DNA of 32,000 bases from Candidatus Saccharimonadota bacterium (GTDB lineage Bacteria; Patescibacteriota; Microgenomatia; UBA1406; GWC2-37-13), in contig CP065004.1 in the NCBI GenBank assembly GCA_016700135.1, positions 1,410,001 through 1,442,000 of the forward strand, written 5' to 3'. Made by a program: the position numbers and the translations under genes. A model generated the notes under the pieces. That model was not told where the DNA came from. It did no database searches and saw only the letters and a list, made by a program, of their open reading frames with translations. Of this stretch, positions 1 through 8,962 are shown piece after piece (the stretch's first letter is position 1; each line of letters starts with the position of its first letter).

Positions 1-540
1 GTCCGGTCGATACTTAAATTCTTCAAACTGTTTAAATTCTATATCGTCAATGTCCATTATCTTTTTACCCGTTTGTATCCAACCGAGATTGTCCGAAGCA
101 AAGCGCGGCTTCTGACCGATAAAAACAATGCAGTTTTTCTTTTCAGCCACAAACTTCCCTGATTTCAGAACAATATCTTTGAATAAATTGATTTTGTTTA
201 CTAAATGATCGCTCCAGAGTATTACTACCGGTTCATCGGGAAATTTTTTTGCAAGGTAACCCATAACAAGAGCAACAGCCGGCCCTACATCCCGTTTAGC
301 CGGTTCGGCAATAATGTTTTCAACAGGCACAAAAGGAAGTTGCTCCTGAACCATTTTGATATAGTCTTTTCCGGTCGAAATAAAAATATCCTCGGCTGCA
401 AACTCAGGAAGAAGACGTTCCGCAGCTAGCTGGAGAGTTGATTTGTCGCCAACAACTTTTTCGAACTGTTTCGGTGACTTCTTACGGGAGAGGGGCCAAA
501 GGCGTGTTCCTACACCGCCTGCGAAGATAACTGCTTTCAT
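1..540 (-). CDS. Sugar-phosphate nucleotidyltransferase (mannose-1-phosphate guanylyltransferase-like), N-terminal part only; the C-terminus lies outside the window
   Basis: Own reverse-strand translation from ATG (complement of 538-540): MKAVIFAGGVGTRLWPLSRKKSPKQFEKVVGDKSTLQLAAERLL...IIAEPAKRDVGPAVALVMGYL...VVILWSDHLV. It has the GxGTRLWPLS loop of NTP_transferase enzymes. The frame stays open to base 1 (180 codons), so it is absent from the closed-ORF track. Confidence 0.8.
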   Translation of the reverse strand, partial: MKAVIFAGGVGTRLWPLSRKKSPKQFEKVVGDKSTLQLAAERLLPEFAAEDIFISTGKDYIKMVQEQLPFVPVENIIAEPAKRDVGPAVALVMGYLAKKFPDEPVVILWSDHLVNKINLFKDIVLKSGKFVAEKKNCIVFIGQKPRFASDNLGWIQTGKKIMDIDDIEFKQFEEFKYRPD

Positions 541-563
541 AGGGTACTTTAATAATGTATAAC

Positions 564-1643
564 TTACTTTTTGGAAATGATCTCATGAAGTTTGTAAATA
601 AAGGTTTCTTTCGCAAACTTCCTGGCGATACCTTTCGTGTCAACTAAATTGTACGTGTCGCGCTTGAAATCTGCAACCGCTTCTCTTACGGATGAGACAT
701 TCTGGGAATCGAAAAGACACCCTGTTTTACCGTCTTCTATCAGTTCCGCTACTCCTCCCGTCCGATAAGAGATGACGGGACAGCCGAAATACTGTGCTTC
801 CACCGAGACATATCCGAAATCCTCTTCCTGAGGCATGATAAGAGCTTCGGCATTACGATATAACGACCTGAGTTTTATATCGGAAACATTCTCAAGGAAC
901 GTCGTATTTTTTGAAGCTATATGCTGCAATGACTTTTTTTGTGATCCTCTCCCGACTACCACCAGATCGTAGTTCTGTAACTGCGTAAATGCCTTTACGA
1001 CAAGATCTACCTTCTTATACGATTCAAGGCGCGATACCGTCAAAAAATAAGGCCTCTCGGGCCTTTCAACCGTTTCTTCAATAGCGTCCCAGTGCTCAGT
1101 ATCAAAGGGCGGATACACCACATCGCTGTCTCTTTTGTAATACGTACGACATCGTTCGGCAACATGCTGAGAAATGGATATGATCCGGTCAGGTCTTTGG
1201 GCTGCTACGAAATCCCATTTGCGCAGTTTTGAGAGGAATGGTACTGCCCAGCTTGAAGATACATACTGTTCGGTCATCCCCCACAGCCACCTGGTCGGTG
1301 TAAGAAGAATACAGATATGCTTTGTCTCGGGTCGTGTAATGACTCCTTTGGCAAAAGAAGATGTAACGGAAATTACCAGATCATACTTAGATAAGTCGAA
1401 GCTTTCGAATGCATACGGAAGTAAAAAAAGAGAAAATATGCGGCTTCTCCGTAAAAAATCCGGAAACTTCTGCAGGAAAGAAGGATAGACTTCCCCGCTT
1501 AGGTATTTTGTCCAGGAAGCATTCTCACGATCAATATATGAGGTATACCAATCAGCATCGGGAAACTCTTCATTCAGGGTCAAAAGAAGGCGTTCCACCC
1601 CGCCCCATTTATCCATCCAGTCATATATGATTGCTGTTTTCAT
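564..1643 (-). CDS. Glycosyltransferase, GT-B fold (GT4 / Glycos_transf_1-like)
   Basis: 359-aa ORF. The C-terminal half has the GT4-type region ...PQEEDFGYVSVEAQYFGCPVISYRTGGVAELIEDGKTG. There is a 4-nt overlap with the upstream GT gene. Confidence 0.85.
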   Translation of the reverse strand: MKTAIIYDWMDKWGGVERLLLTLNEEFPDADWYTSYIDRENASWTKYLSGEVYPSFLQKFPDFLRRSRIFSLFLLPYAFESFDLSKYDLVISVTSSFAKGVITRPETKHICILLTPTRWLWGMTEQYVSSSWAVPFLSKLRKWDFVAAQRPDRIISISQHVAERCRTYYKRDSDVVYPPFDTEHWDAIEETVERPERPYFLTVSRLESYKKVDLVVKAFTQLQNYDLVVVGRGSQKKSLQHIASKNTTFLENVSDIKLRSLYRNAEALIMPQEEDFGYVSVEAQYFGCPVISYRTGGVAELIEDGKTGCLFDSQNVSSVREAVADFKRDTYNLVDTKGIARKFAKETFIYKLHEIISKK

Positions 1644-2728
1644 TTTGTCAATAATTCTGAGTATACCTCTACTGTCCTTTTTGCCATCTGCTTAAAAGAA
1701 AAGTCATTAGGTAATGCTGCACTCTTGTACGTTTTGAGTTTCAGTTTAGAAGCAATATCATTCACATCATAGGGATTGAAGGCTGTGTAGTTCTCACCTA
1801 GTAATTCTTTGAACACCGGAATATCTGACGCAATCACCGGACAACCGAAATACGTTGCCTCAACAAGCGGCAGACCGAACCCTTCAGACAGTGACGGGTT
1901 TATAAGAGCTTTCGCATGCTTGTACAAATAGACAAGATCACCGTTTGATGTATCATGGATAAATCGAATGGAATTCATTCCCTCCAGCTCAATAATACCC
2001 TTTAATCGCTTTGCAAAGTCATTATCCGGCCCTGTCAGGATCAGCGGAGTTTGCACGCCGGAAAGTTTATATGCCTGAATCAATGAGTCTACGTTTTTAT
2101 GAGGATAAAAGTTGCCGACATACAGGAAATATTGATCGCCGGCATCTTTAGCCAGCCGGCTACTTTCTTTCGCTTCCTGAAGCTCAAAATTCACCCCTTC
2201 CGGTATTGCTTGCGTTTTTGTTGCACTATCCTTGCCATAAACATCAAAAAGCTGTTTTTTGACCGTTTCTGACGGTGTAATGATTGCCTGCGCGTGCCTT
2301 ATCTGACTGGCTAGAACATTTTTGAAAATCCGAAACTTGAATTCGTACCAAAAGGGATTCAATGTGGATGCCCTCCCTGTTTTAAACAATAACGGTGTCA
2401 AATCGTGGACAGTGGCGATAAAGGGACGTTTATAAAAAACAGGGTAGCTGAAATAGGTAAAGTGCATCAGATCAATATCATCCTGCATAATCAGCCGATA
2501 AAAGGTCGTCTGCTCAGAAAGACTATGCCAACGGGCATCGGCTTCCCGCAAAACAAAACGCTTATCTGACAAAGAAATAGAAGCTTTATCCTGCGGAAGA
2601 ACATAAACATACAATTCAACGTCCTCAGGCGCCGTTTCAGGAAGGAAATGAAGCAAATTCCTCAGATAAGTGCCTACACCCGTTTGGAAATATAGCCTTG
2701 CATCGATACCGATTCGTTTGGGTTTCAT
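1640..2728 (-). CDS. Glycosyltransferase, GT-B fold (GT4-like)
   Basis: The ORF track gives 1640..2776. I prefer the ATG at 2726-2728 (MKPKRIGIDARLYFQTGVGTY...), the usual N-terminus of this family. The C-terminal region reads ...PSLSEGFGLPLVEATYFGCPVIASDIPVFKELLGE. Confidence 0.85.
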   Translation of the reverse strand: MKPKRIGIDARLYFQTGVGTYLRNLLHFLPETAPEDVELYVYVLPQDKASISLSDKRFVLREADARWHSLSEQTTFYRLIMQDDIDLMHFTYFSYPVFYKRPFIATVHDLTPLLFKTGRASTLNPFWYEFKFRIFKNVLASQIRHAQAIITPSETVKKQLFDVYGKDSATKTQAIPEGVNFELQEAKESSRLAKDAGDQYFLYVGNFYPHKNVDSLIQAYKLSGVQTPLILTGPDNDFAKRLKGIIELEGMNSIRFIHDTSNGDLVYLYKHAKALINPSLSEGFGLPLVEATYFGCPVIASDIPVFKELLGENYTAFNPYDVNDIASKLKLKTYKSAALPNDFSFKQMAKRTVEVYSELLTK

Positions 2729-2865
2729 TATTTTTGATGACAAGCAATGTTCATGATTGTAACTGCGAAGATACAATTTTTATGCGACTTGGGAGGTGCG
2801 CAGCTGACAGATTCTGGTGAGCACGCCCACGGAGCAATATAAATTGTTATCGAGCAGTTACATTA

Positions 2866-2893
2866 CTGGATCCCGGATCAAGTCCGGGATGAC
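2866..2893 (-). repeat. Hairpin repeat X, copy X1
   Basis: Plus strand CTGGATCCCGGATCAAGTCCGGGATGAC is the reverse complement of GTCATCCCGGACTTGATCCGGGATCCAG. It has an 8-bp stem ATCCCGGA/TCCGGGAT and loop CTTGA. It is 28/28 identical to copy X2 at 26749-26776. Intergenic. Confidence 0.85.
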
Positions 2894-2900
2894 ATGATAA

Positions 2901-3794
2901 TTACAATCTCGACTTTACATTAATAAAAAAGTACACCAACTGCGATACAATCCACGGATTTTTACCCTCATAATGCTTCCGGTAAAAAATCTTCATCGCA
3001 TCGTAGAAATATTTTTTCGTTTTATTCTCCGTGTTTTTCTTCCCTTTCTTCAATCCGCTTTGATACTTAAGATGAGTCACATGATATTTCGGATAATAGA
3101 GAACCCTATACCCCTTTTCTTTCATGCGGAAAGCAAGATCGATATCCTCACCGTACATGAAAAATGTTTCATCAAAACCACCAAGTTCGTCAACAACCTG
3201 TTTTCTCGCAAGAAAGAATGCTCCGCTTATTGCATCAACCTCATGTATTTCAGAAAGATTTTTTTCCGTCATATGATATCCTCCGAACCATGCGTTCAGA
3301 ATCGGGACATTGCGTGTCAGTGCTTCCAGTTTCGAGTAATAACAGAATGAATTCCAAACAGTCGGAAAGCCGCGGTGAGAAGCCGGATCAATCCCGCCTT
3401 TCGGAAGATCTACCCGTACGGTAAGCGCGGCAACTGCAGGATCAGCGTCAAGATAAGAAAACAGTTCCGGCCAATCTACTTCTTTTATCAGGACATCGGA
3501 GTTGAGGAAAAGGGTATATTCACCTTTTGCATTGACGATTGCTGCATTATTGCCTTTCGGGAACCCTTCGTTGTGCTGATTCAAAATATATGAATAGCCG
3601 ATATTTTTATCGGATAATGAAGATTTAAGTTCTTTGATCATCTCAGCCGAACCGTCCACAGACGCATTATCGACCAGGATTATTTCAGCGTCAAGCGAGG
3701 GATACGAAGATAAACTCTTGTAGAGCGTTTCTATACATTCTCTTGTTATATCTTTAGTGTTGTACGAGAGAATAATAACAGAGAGTTTTATCAT
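2901..3794 (-). CDS. Glycosyltransferase family 2
   Basis: 297-aa ORF. N-terminus MIKLSVIILSYNTKDITRECIETL...VDNASVDGS is the GT-A/GT2 nucleotide-binding region. It also has ...FLNSDV... and ...YGEDIDLAFR motifs. Confidence 0.85.
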   Translation of the reverse strand: MIKLSVIILSYNTKDITRECIETLYKSLSSYPSLDAEIILVDNASVDGSAEMIKELKSSLSDKNIGYSYILNQHNEGFPKGNNAAIVNAKGEYTLFLNSDVLIKEVDWPELFSYLDADPAVAALTVRVDLPKGGIDPASHRGFPTVWNSFCYYSKLEALTRNVPILNAWFGGYHMTEKNLSEIHEVDAISGAFFLARKQVVDELGGFDETFFMYGEDIDLAFRMKEKGYRVLYYPKYHVTHLKYQSGLKKGKKNTENKTKKYFYDAMKIFYRKHYEGKNPWIVSQLVYFFINVKSRL

Positions 3795-3860
3795 ACGCTT
3801 ATTATCTAATATAACAGAAGCATGTGCCTTGTTGTCATGTGTTCGCGAACCGGCAAATCA

Positions 3861-3918
3861 GTATCTTGAGAAGATCCCGAACGATCCGCCAGCCGGCGGA
3901 CGGGAAGACAGGAGATAC
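3861..3918 (-). repeat. Nested three-tier hairpin (repeat variant Y, copy Y1) just 3' of rpsI
   Basis: Minus strand: GTATCT-cctgtct-TCCCG-TCCGCC-ggct-GGCGGA-tcgtt-CGGGA-tcttctca-AGATAC. Bases 3884-3903 are the exact reverse complement of 24210-24229. Confidence 0.7.
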
Positions 3919-3920
3919 CG

Positions 3921-4376
3921 TTAACGCTTCGGTGACTGTTTCTGTCTGCGTGCTTTTCCGCCTGTACCGACTTTTCGTCGTTCACGTATACGGGCATCGC
4001 GGGTAAGAAGTCCTTCTGCTTTGAGTACCTCACGGAAAGTTTCATCTGCCAAACAGAGAGCCCGAGAGATTCCGTGGGAAATGGCTTCAACCTGTCCGTT
4101 TTTACCGCCGCCTTTGACCACAATTGTTGCGACAAATCTGTCAGCACTATCCGTCAGTTTAAAAGGACGCATGATCAGATTTTGCTCTGCAGCGGAGGGA
4201 AAGTAATCAGCTAAAAGTTTTTCGTTTATGACAACTTCTCCCTGTTTCATTTTTGAACCTTTGACAGTAGCACTGTTATCTTTACCCGTGACAATATGCA
4301 GTCTGATACGTGCAACTGACTCACGGCGCCTGCCGACTGATTCATAATATTGAATATCTTTCTTTTTCTTTGCCAT
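3921..4376 (-). CDS. rpsI: 30S ribosomal protein S9
   Basis: 151 aa. Contains ...GGGKNGQVEAISHGISRAL... and the basic C-terminus ...RERRKVGTGGKARRQKQSPKR. Follows rplM as in the conserved rplM-rpsI pair. Confidence 0.95.
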   Translation of the reverse strand: MAKKKKDIQYYESVGRRRESVARIRLHIVTGKDNSATVKGSKMKQGEVVINEKLLADYFPSAAEQNLIMRPFKLTDSADRFVATIVVKGGGKNGQVEAISHGISRALCLADETFREVLKAEGLLTRDARIRERRKVGTGGKARRQKQSPKR

Positions 4377-4410
4377 ATATATAAACCTAATAACTAATTA
4401 CAATAATTGT

Positions 4411-4851
4411 TTATGATTTTTTTGTTTGTAACTTTTGTGCAAACGGATGTGTTTCTCCTTCATAAATATGAAGTCTTGCCAGACGGGCATCACGATGCTT
4501 GTTTTTCGGAAGCATTCCTGAGACAGCTTCACGGATGACCTCAGTCGGTTTCTTATCCATCATCTCATTGAGAGTCAATGTCTTTCGTCCTCCCTGATAA
4601 CCCGAGTAGCGGTCGTATATCTTCTGATCACCTTTTTTCCCGGTAGCCTTGACATCCTTTGCATTGATGACTACAACATGATCACCCATATCAAGATAGG
4701 GTACATATGTTCTTTTTGATTTTCCCTGCAAAAGAGTTGAAATTTCTCCGACTGCACGGCCCAGGATCTGGTCCTTGACATCGATCAGATGCCATTCTCG
4801 GTCAATTTCACTTGCTTTGATTGATCTGGTTGAGAGTGTTGTACGTGTCAT
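4411..4851 (-). CDS. rplM: 50S ribosomal protein L13
   Basis: 146 aa. Contains ...REWHLIDVKDQILGRAVGEISTLLQGK... and ...GMLPKNKHRDARLARLHIYEGETHP. Confidence 0.95.
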   Translation of the reverse strand: MTRTTLSTRSIKASEIDREWHLIDVKDQILGRAVGEISTLLQGKSKRTYVPYLDMGDHVVVINAKDVKATGKKGDQKIYDRYSGYQGGRKTLTLNEMMDKKPTEVIREAVSGMLPKNKHRDARLARLHIYEGETHPFAQKLQTKKS

Positions 4852-4870
4852 GTTTTTTGATTAAATAGTA

Positions 4871-5374
4871 TTATTTAGTTTCTTCTTCAGAACTTACTTT
4901 TTCACTTTTTTCAGCCTTTTCTTTTTTAACAGCCTTTTTAGGAGCCTTTTTCTTTTCTGATTTTTCCGCTTTTTCTGTTTTGGCTGTTTTTTCTTTCTTT
5001 TCCCCCCAGTCAATGACCACAGGATGTGCCCATTCGACTCGCACCATCATTGATCCGTCATTGTCTCTTTGGTTCATCCGAACGATACGGACATATCCGC
5101 CCGCAATATCCTTTACGGCAGGACCGACCTGTGCAAACAGGGTTGAGACAAAGGCTTTACTCGGAAAGTACTTGAGCAAATAGTTTTTACTTGCTTCCGT
5201 TTCTTCACGGGTTTTTGCGACTGCAATATCAATGAAACGCTTCAGTATTTTTCCGCGTTTTTCTGTTGTAACGATGTGCGAATATTTGAAAAAGTTCGTC
5301 ATCATCTTTCTCAGAATCATTTTGTTTGAATCTTTTCCTGAGTGAAATTTGATTAGTTTAGTTCTGTGTTTCAT
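4871..5374 (-). CDS. rplQ: 50S ribosomal protein L17 with a Lys/Glu-rich C-terminal tail
   Basis: 167 aa. MKHRTKLIKFHSGKDSNKMILRKMMTNFFKYSHIVTTEKRGKILKRFID... is L17-like. It follows rpoA. The last ~44 aa are low complexity: EKKEKTAKTEKAEKSEKKKAPKKAVKKEKAEKSEK... Confidence 0.9.
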   Translation of the reverse strand: MKHRTKLIKFHSGKDSNKMILRKMMTNFFKYSHIVTTEKRGKILKRFIDIAVAKTREETEASKNYLLKYFPSKAFVSTLFAQVGPAVKDIAGGYVRIVRMNQRDNDGSMMVRVEWAHPVVIDWGEKKEKTAKTEKAEKSEKKKAPKKAVKKEKAEKSEKVSSEEETK

Positions 5375-5392
5375 TCTGTCAATAATTCCAAC

Positions 5393-6313
5393 TTATTTAA
5401 GTTCAACACCCATCTTATTCAACTCTTCCTCAATAAGATCGATTGATTTTTTTCCTACACCTTTCAGATTGGTCAAATCCTCACGTCCTCTTTCAACGAG
5501 GTCTGCAACTGTTTCAATGTTTTCTCTTAACAGAGCATTGATGACACGTGACGGAAGATTGAGTTCATCAATAATGGTTTCATATGCTTTCGGATTTTGT
5601 TCTTCTTTTCCTGTCGGTTCAGCCGCGGTTGACTCTTCCTGCGTTTCTTCTTTTCCTTCAACAATTGCCGCAAAGTGCTTTGAAAGAATTGTTGATGCTT
5701 CTTTTACAGCTTCTTCAGGTGTAACGCTTCCGTCAGTCCAGACATCAAGAATAAGTCTCTCAAAATCGGTTGTTCTTCCTACACGGGCTTCCTGAACCTT
5801 AAAATTTACTTTGGTAATCGGTGAATAAGAAGAATCAACGGCAATATAACCTGTCTGCGTCTCTTTGTCATCTGCTGATTCATATCCGTATCCGACCTGT
5901 ACCGTTACTTCAATATCAAGAGCTCCTTTTGCATCGGTTACCTCTGCAATATAGAAATCACCATTGACGACTTCAACATCTCCTTCAAAGTCTTTTGCAT
6001 ACACTTTTTTTGCCCCTTTTACTGAAACTCTCGCTGTGAACGGTCCGTTTCCTTCTGCTTTAAAGCGGATCTGTTTAAGATTCAATACAATGTCAAGGAC
6101 CGACTCTTTTACGCCTTTGATTGTGGCAAAAAGATGTGATGCCTGTCCGAATTTGACATGTGAGATAGCAGCACCCGGCAAAGAAGAGAGAAGCGTTCTT
6201 CTCAATGCATTACCGATACTGTTTCCGAAACTGGTATTGAAGGGTTCGTAAATAAATTTTCCGTAGTTCTCAGATTGCTCTTCAATTTTTACGGAAAACA
6301 TTGGCTCTAACAT
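5393..6313 (-). CDS. rpoA: DNA-directed RNA polymerase subunit alpha
   Basis: 306 aa. NTD ...YGKFIYEPFNTSFGNSIGNALRRTLLSSLPGAAI...; CTD ...LNLPSRVINALLRENIETVADLV...LKGVGKKSI. Synteny rpsD-rpoA-rplQ. Confidence 0.95.
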   Translation of the reverse strand: MLEPMFSVKIEEQSENYGKFIYEPFNTSFGNSIGNALRRTLLSSLPGAAISHVKFGQASHLFATIKGVKESVLDIVLNLKQIRFKAEGNGPFTARVSVKGAKKVYAKDFEGDVEVVNGDFYIAEVTDAKGALDIEVTVQVGYGYESADDKETQTGYIAVDSSYSPITKVNFKVQEARVGRTTDFERLILDVWTDGSVTPEEAVKEASTILSKHFAAIVEGKEETQEESTAAEPTGKEEQNPKAYETIIDELNLPSRVINALLRENIETVADLVERGREDLTNLKGVGKKSIDLIEEELNKMGVELK

Positions 6314-6343
6314 ATAAAGATGTATACAATTAGTAAAAAATTA

Positions 6344-6964
6344 TTAACGTGAGTAGAACTCAATAACTAATCTTAAGTTCACTTGCTGTTCAATAATTGA
6401 GTTGTCAGGTGTCTTAGTAAGAACGCCCATATCCTTCTTGAGTTCAACCCATTCAGGAAAAGTTATATCATTCTGTCCGCGGAATTCTTCAATATATGGT
6501 ATCTTCTTTGAATCATCCGATGCAAATGTAATCTTCTCATCTACCTGTACCAGATATGACGGGATGTCAAGAACTTTTTCATTGACTTTGATATGTCCGT
6601 GAGATACCAGCTGTCTGGCTGCTGCACGTGTCGGTGCAAATCCCAACCTGTATACAACGTTATCAAGTCTTCGTTCCAGGAGCTCACCGAGGAAAATGGC
6701 GGTGTTTCCGCGACGTCGGGACGCTGTATCAAAATATCCCTTCAACTGTTTCTCGGTCACTCCGAACAAAAAGCGAAGCTTTTGCTTTTCCCGAAGCTGG
6801 CGGGCATGTTCAGAAGATTTTCTTCGGAATCGTGTGCCGTGCTGCCCAGGTAAAATATTTATTTTTTTAAGCAAAGACGCCTGTGCTTTTGATCCGGTTG
6901 TTTTTAGACCGAGGTCGGCGCTTTCTCTTCGTGAAACTTTATTCTTGGGACCTGTATAACGCAT
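6344..6964 (-). CDS. rpsD: 30S ribosomal protein S4
   Basis: 206 aa. MRYTGPKNKVSRRE... plus the S4 RNA-binding domain RLDNVVYRLGFAPTRAAARQLVSHGHIKVN. Confidence 0.95.
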   Translation of the reverse strand: MRYTGPKNKVSRRESADLGLKTTGSKAQASLLKKINILPGQHGTRFRRKSSEHARQLREKQKLRFLFGVTEKQLKGYFDTASRRRGNTAIFLGELLERRLDNVVYRLGFAPTRAAARQLVSHGHIKVNEKVLDIPSYLVQVDEKITFASDDSKKIPYIEEFRGQNDITFPEWVELKKDMGVLTKTPDNSIIEQQVNLRLVIEFYSR

Positions 6965-6995
6965 TTTATTATTTCGTAATTATTAATTCTTATTA

Positions 6996-7385
6996 TTAAA
7001 CTCTTCGCACTTTTGGCGGTCTAACACCGTTGTGCGGGATAGGTGTAATATCGACGATTTTACCGATATCGACACTGGAAGCACGCACTGAGCGTAAAGA
7101 AGCTTCACGGCCGGGGCCAATACCTTTTACATAAACATCAACCTTCTTAAGTCCGTAATCTTCAGTTGCTCTTTTTAACGCTGCATCTGTCGTAACTGTT
7201 CCTGCATACGGTGTGGATTTTCGGGTACCGGTAAATCCGTGCATACCGCATGAACTTACAACGAGTGCGCCGCCGTTTTCATCGGTGACTGTGACGAGTG
7301 TATTGTTAAAGGTAGCCGTAATGTATATACGACCATTTTCGACAACACGTGTCTTTTTTTGTTTCGCTTGTGTCTTTGGTGCCAT
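6996..7385 (-). CDS. rpsK: 30S ribosomal protein S11
   Basis: 129 aa. Contains ...GRIYITATFNNTLVTVTDENG... and ...ITPIPHNGVRPPKVRRV. Confidence 0.95.
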   Translation of the reverse strand: MAPKTQAKQKKTRVVENGRIYITATFNNTLVTVTDENGGALVVSSCGMHGFTGTRKSTPYAGTVTTDAALKRATEDYGLKKVDVYVKGIGPGREASLRSVRASSVDIGKIVDITPIPHNGVRPPKVRRV

Positions 7386-7399
7386 AGATTGAAATATAA

Positions 7400-7810
7400 T
7401 TATTTGGTAGTTGTCTGTGTTTGATCAACTTTTGCCCATGCTTCTTTGGTAAGTGCTCCGACTGTTCTTCTTTTACCCCGTTTTGTGCGGGCATTTGAAC
7501 GGGTTCTCTGACCTCTTGACGGCAATCCCATTCCGTGTCTCATACCGCGATATGAACCGATTTCGCGAAGTCTCTTTATATTTTCGCTTCGTTCTTCACG
7601 AAGATCTCCTTCTACTTTGATATTTTTATCAATATAGGTAGTAAGGGCTTTCAACTGGTCTTCTGAGAGATCTTTTACTCTTACTGCTTCATCGACTCCT
7701 GTTTCAGACAGTATCACTTTTGATTTTGACCAACCGATACCGTGAATAAGTGTCAGTGCATAATCTATTCTTTTTTCATCTGGTAAGATGACTCCCATTA
7801 ACCGTTGCAT
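7400..7810 (-). CDS. rpsM: 30S ribosomal protein S13
   Basis: 136 aa. [30 protein letters not shown]... and ...[26 protein letters not shown]. Confidence 0.95.
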   Translation of the reverse strand: MQRLMGVILPDEKRIDYALTLIHGIGWSKSKVILSETGVDEAVRVKDLSEDQLKALTTYIDKNIKVEGDLREERSENIKRLREIGSYRGMRHGMGLPSRGQRTRSNARTKRGKRRTVGALTKEAWAKVDQTQTTTK

Positions 7811-7841
7811 ATGATAGTAAACTTCAAAATACTAATAATAA

Positions 7842-7958
7842 TTATCCTTGTCTCTGTTTGTGTTTCGGATTACGGCTGCAAATGACATACATAAGCCCTT
7901 TGCGGACGACAATCTTACAACTTTCACATCTTTTTTTTACTGTTGATCTTACTTGCAT
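7842..7958 (-). CDS. rpmJ: 50S ribosomal protein L36 (Cys-rich, zinc-type)
   Basis: Too short for the ORF track. Own translation: [38 protein letters not shown] (38 aa). Canonical position between infA and rpsM. Confidence 0.9.
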   Translation of the reverse strand: MQVRSTVKKRCESCKIVVRKGLMYVICSRNPKHKQRQG

Positions 7959-7964
7959 AGGATA

Positions 7965-8180
7965 TTATTTTCGATAAACTATACGGCCTCTGTTGAGGTC
8001 ATATGGGGTGAGTTCGATTTTGACCCGATCACCCGGCAAAATTTTTATATAATTTTTTCTCATCTTTCCTGATAAGTAACAGAGAATGACTTTCTCTCCC
8101 TCATCAAGCTGCACCTTAAACAAAGTGTTCGGAAGGTTTTCAACAACCTCTCCTTCCACTATAATCACGTTATCTTTCAT
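7965..8180 (-). CDS. infA: Translation initiation factor IF-1
   Basis: 71 aa S1-like fold. ...[65 protein letters not shown]. Confidence 0.95.
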   Translation of the reverse strand: MKDNVIIVEGEVVENLPNTLFKVQLDEGEKVILCYLSGKMRKNYIKILPGDRVKIELTPYDLNRGRIVYRK

Positions 8181-8204
8181 AGAAAGATATATTGTAACAC
8201 ATAA

Positions 8205-8960
8205 CTACGCTAAAATGAAGGTTTCTTTATCAGTTACGGCAATGCTGTGTTCAAAGCATGCCGACATACTTCTATCTTGCGTAATAATTGACCACGGGAC
8301 ATTGGGCTCGTAGGCAATTTTTTCCGTTCCCATTGAATAGATAATTTCTACGGCAATCGTCAGTCCTGACGGTATCTTGTAGGTCTTCTCAATAGGCCGA
8401 TCCAAATAATTCAGGACATAGGGATCCTCATGCAGTTCATATCCGACTCCGTGACCGGTCAACTCTTTGAGGATATAGTATCCAGCTCCCGTCATTTCTT
8501 CCTCAATAAAGGCTGCAATCGTTCCTAATCGTTCACCCACTTTCACTTTTTTAATTGCATTCTCAAGAGTGTCATGCCCTTTTTTTAAAAATGCTTCTGT
8601 TTCAGGGTCGGTTTTGCCGCCTATTACAAACGTTGTCGCATAGTCGGTGTGCAGTCCGTCAAGGTACACTCCGATATCAACTGTCAGCACGTCTCCCTGC
8701 TTCAGTTTCTTCTTTTTGGAAGGCGGCGTATGCACCGTTTGTTCATTTACCGGCAGACATGTTGTCCATTTGTAACCGTCTACTCTTTTGAATGACGGTT
8801 CGGCTCCCCGCTCAATAATCAGTCTTTCCGCTTCTCGATCAATTTCATCAGTTGTCATACCGGCATGAATCTTCGGAAGTAATATATCTACGACTTCCCG
8901 GAGGATTGCTCCGCCTTTTTTCATGCTTTCAATCTCTTCCTTTGACTTGAGGTGTATCAT
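8205..8960 (-). CDS. map: Type I methionine aminopeptidase
   Basis: 251 aa. Metal-ligand regions are ...GDVLTVDIGVYLDGLHTDYATTF..., ...GHGVGYELHEDP..., ...TIAVEII... and ...CFEHSIAV. Synteny adk-map-infA. Confidence 0.92.
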   Translation of the reverse strand: MIHLKSKEEIESMKKGGAILREVVDILLPKIHAGMTTDEIDREAERLIIERGAEPSFKRVDGYKWTTCLPVNEQTVHTPPSKKKKLKQGDVLTVDIGVYLDGLHTDYATTFVIGGKTDPETEAFLKKGHDTLENAIKKVKVGERLGTIAAFIEEEMTGAGYYILKELTGHGVGYELHEDPYVLNYLDRPIEKTYKIPSGLTIAVEIIYSMGTEKIAYEPNVPWSIITQDRSMSACFEHSIAVTDKETFILA

Positions 8961-8962
8961 CC

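Noticed and set aside
2790-2850. GC-rich patch (GGGAGGTGCGCAGCTGACAGATTCTGGTGAGCACGCCCACGGAGC) in the GT spacer next to repeat X1
   Set aside because: I found no convincing stem, ORF or repeat match. It is possibly a gene remnant, and the evidence is insufficient to call a feature.
3806-4147. 113-aa minus-strand ORF overlapping rpsI
   Set aside because: It is out of frame with the clearly real S9 gene. Its 3' part is a translation of the nested hairpin (PVRRLADRSGSS), and it has no recognisable domain.
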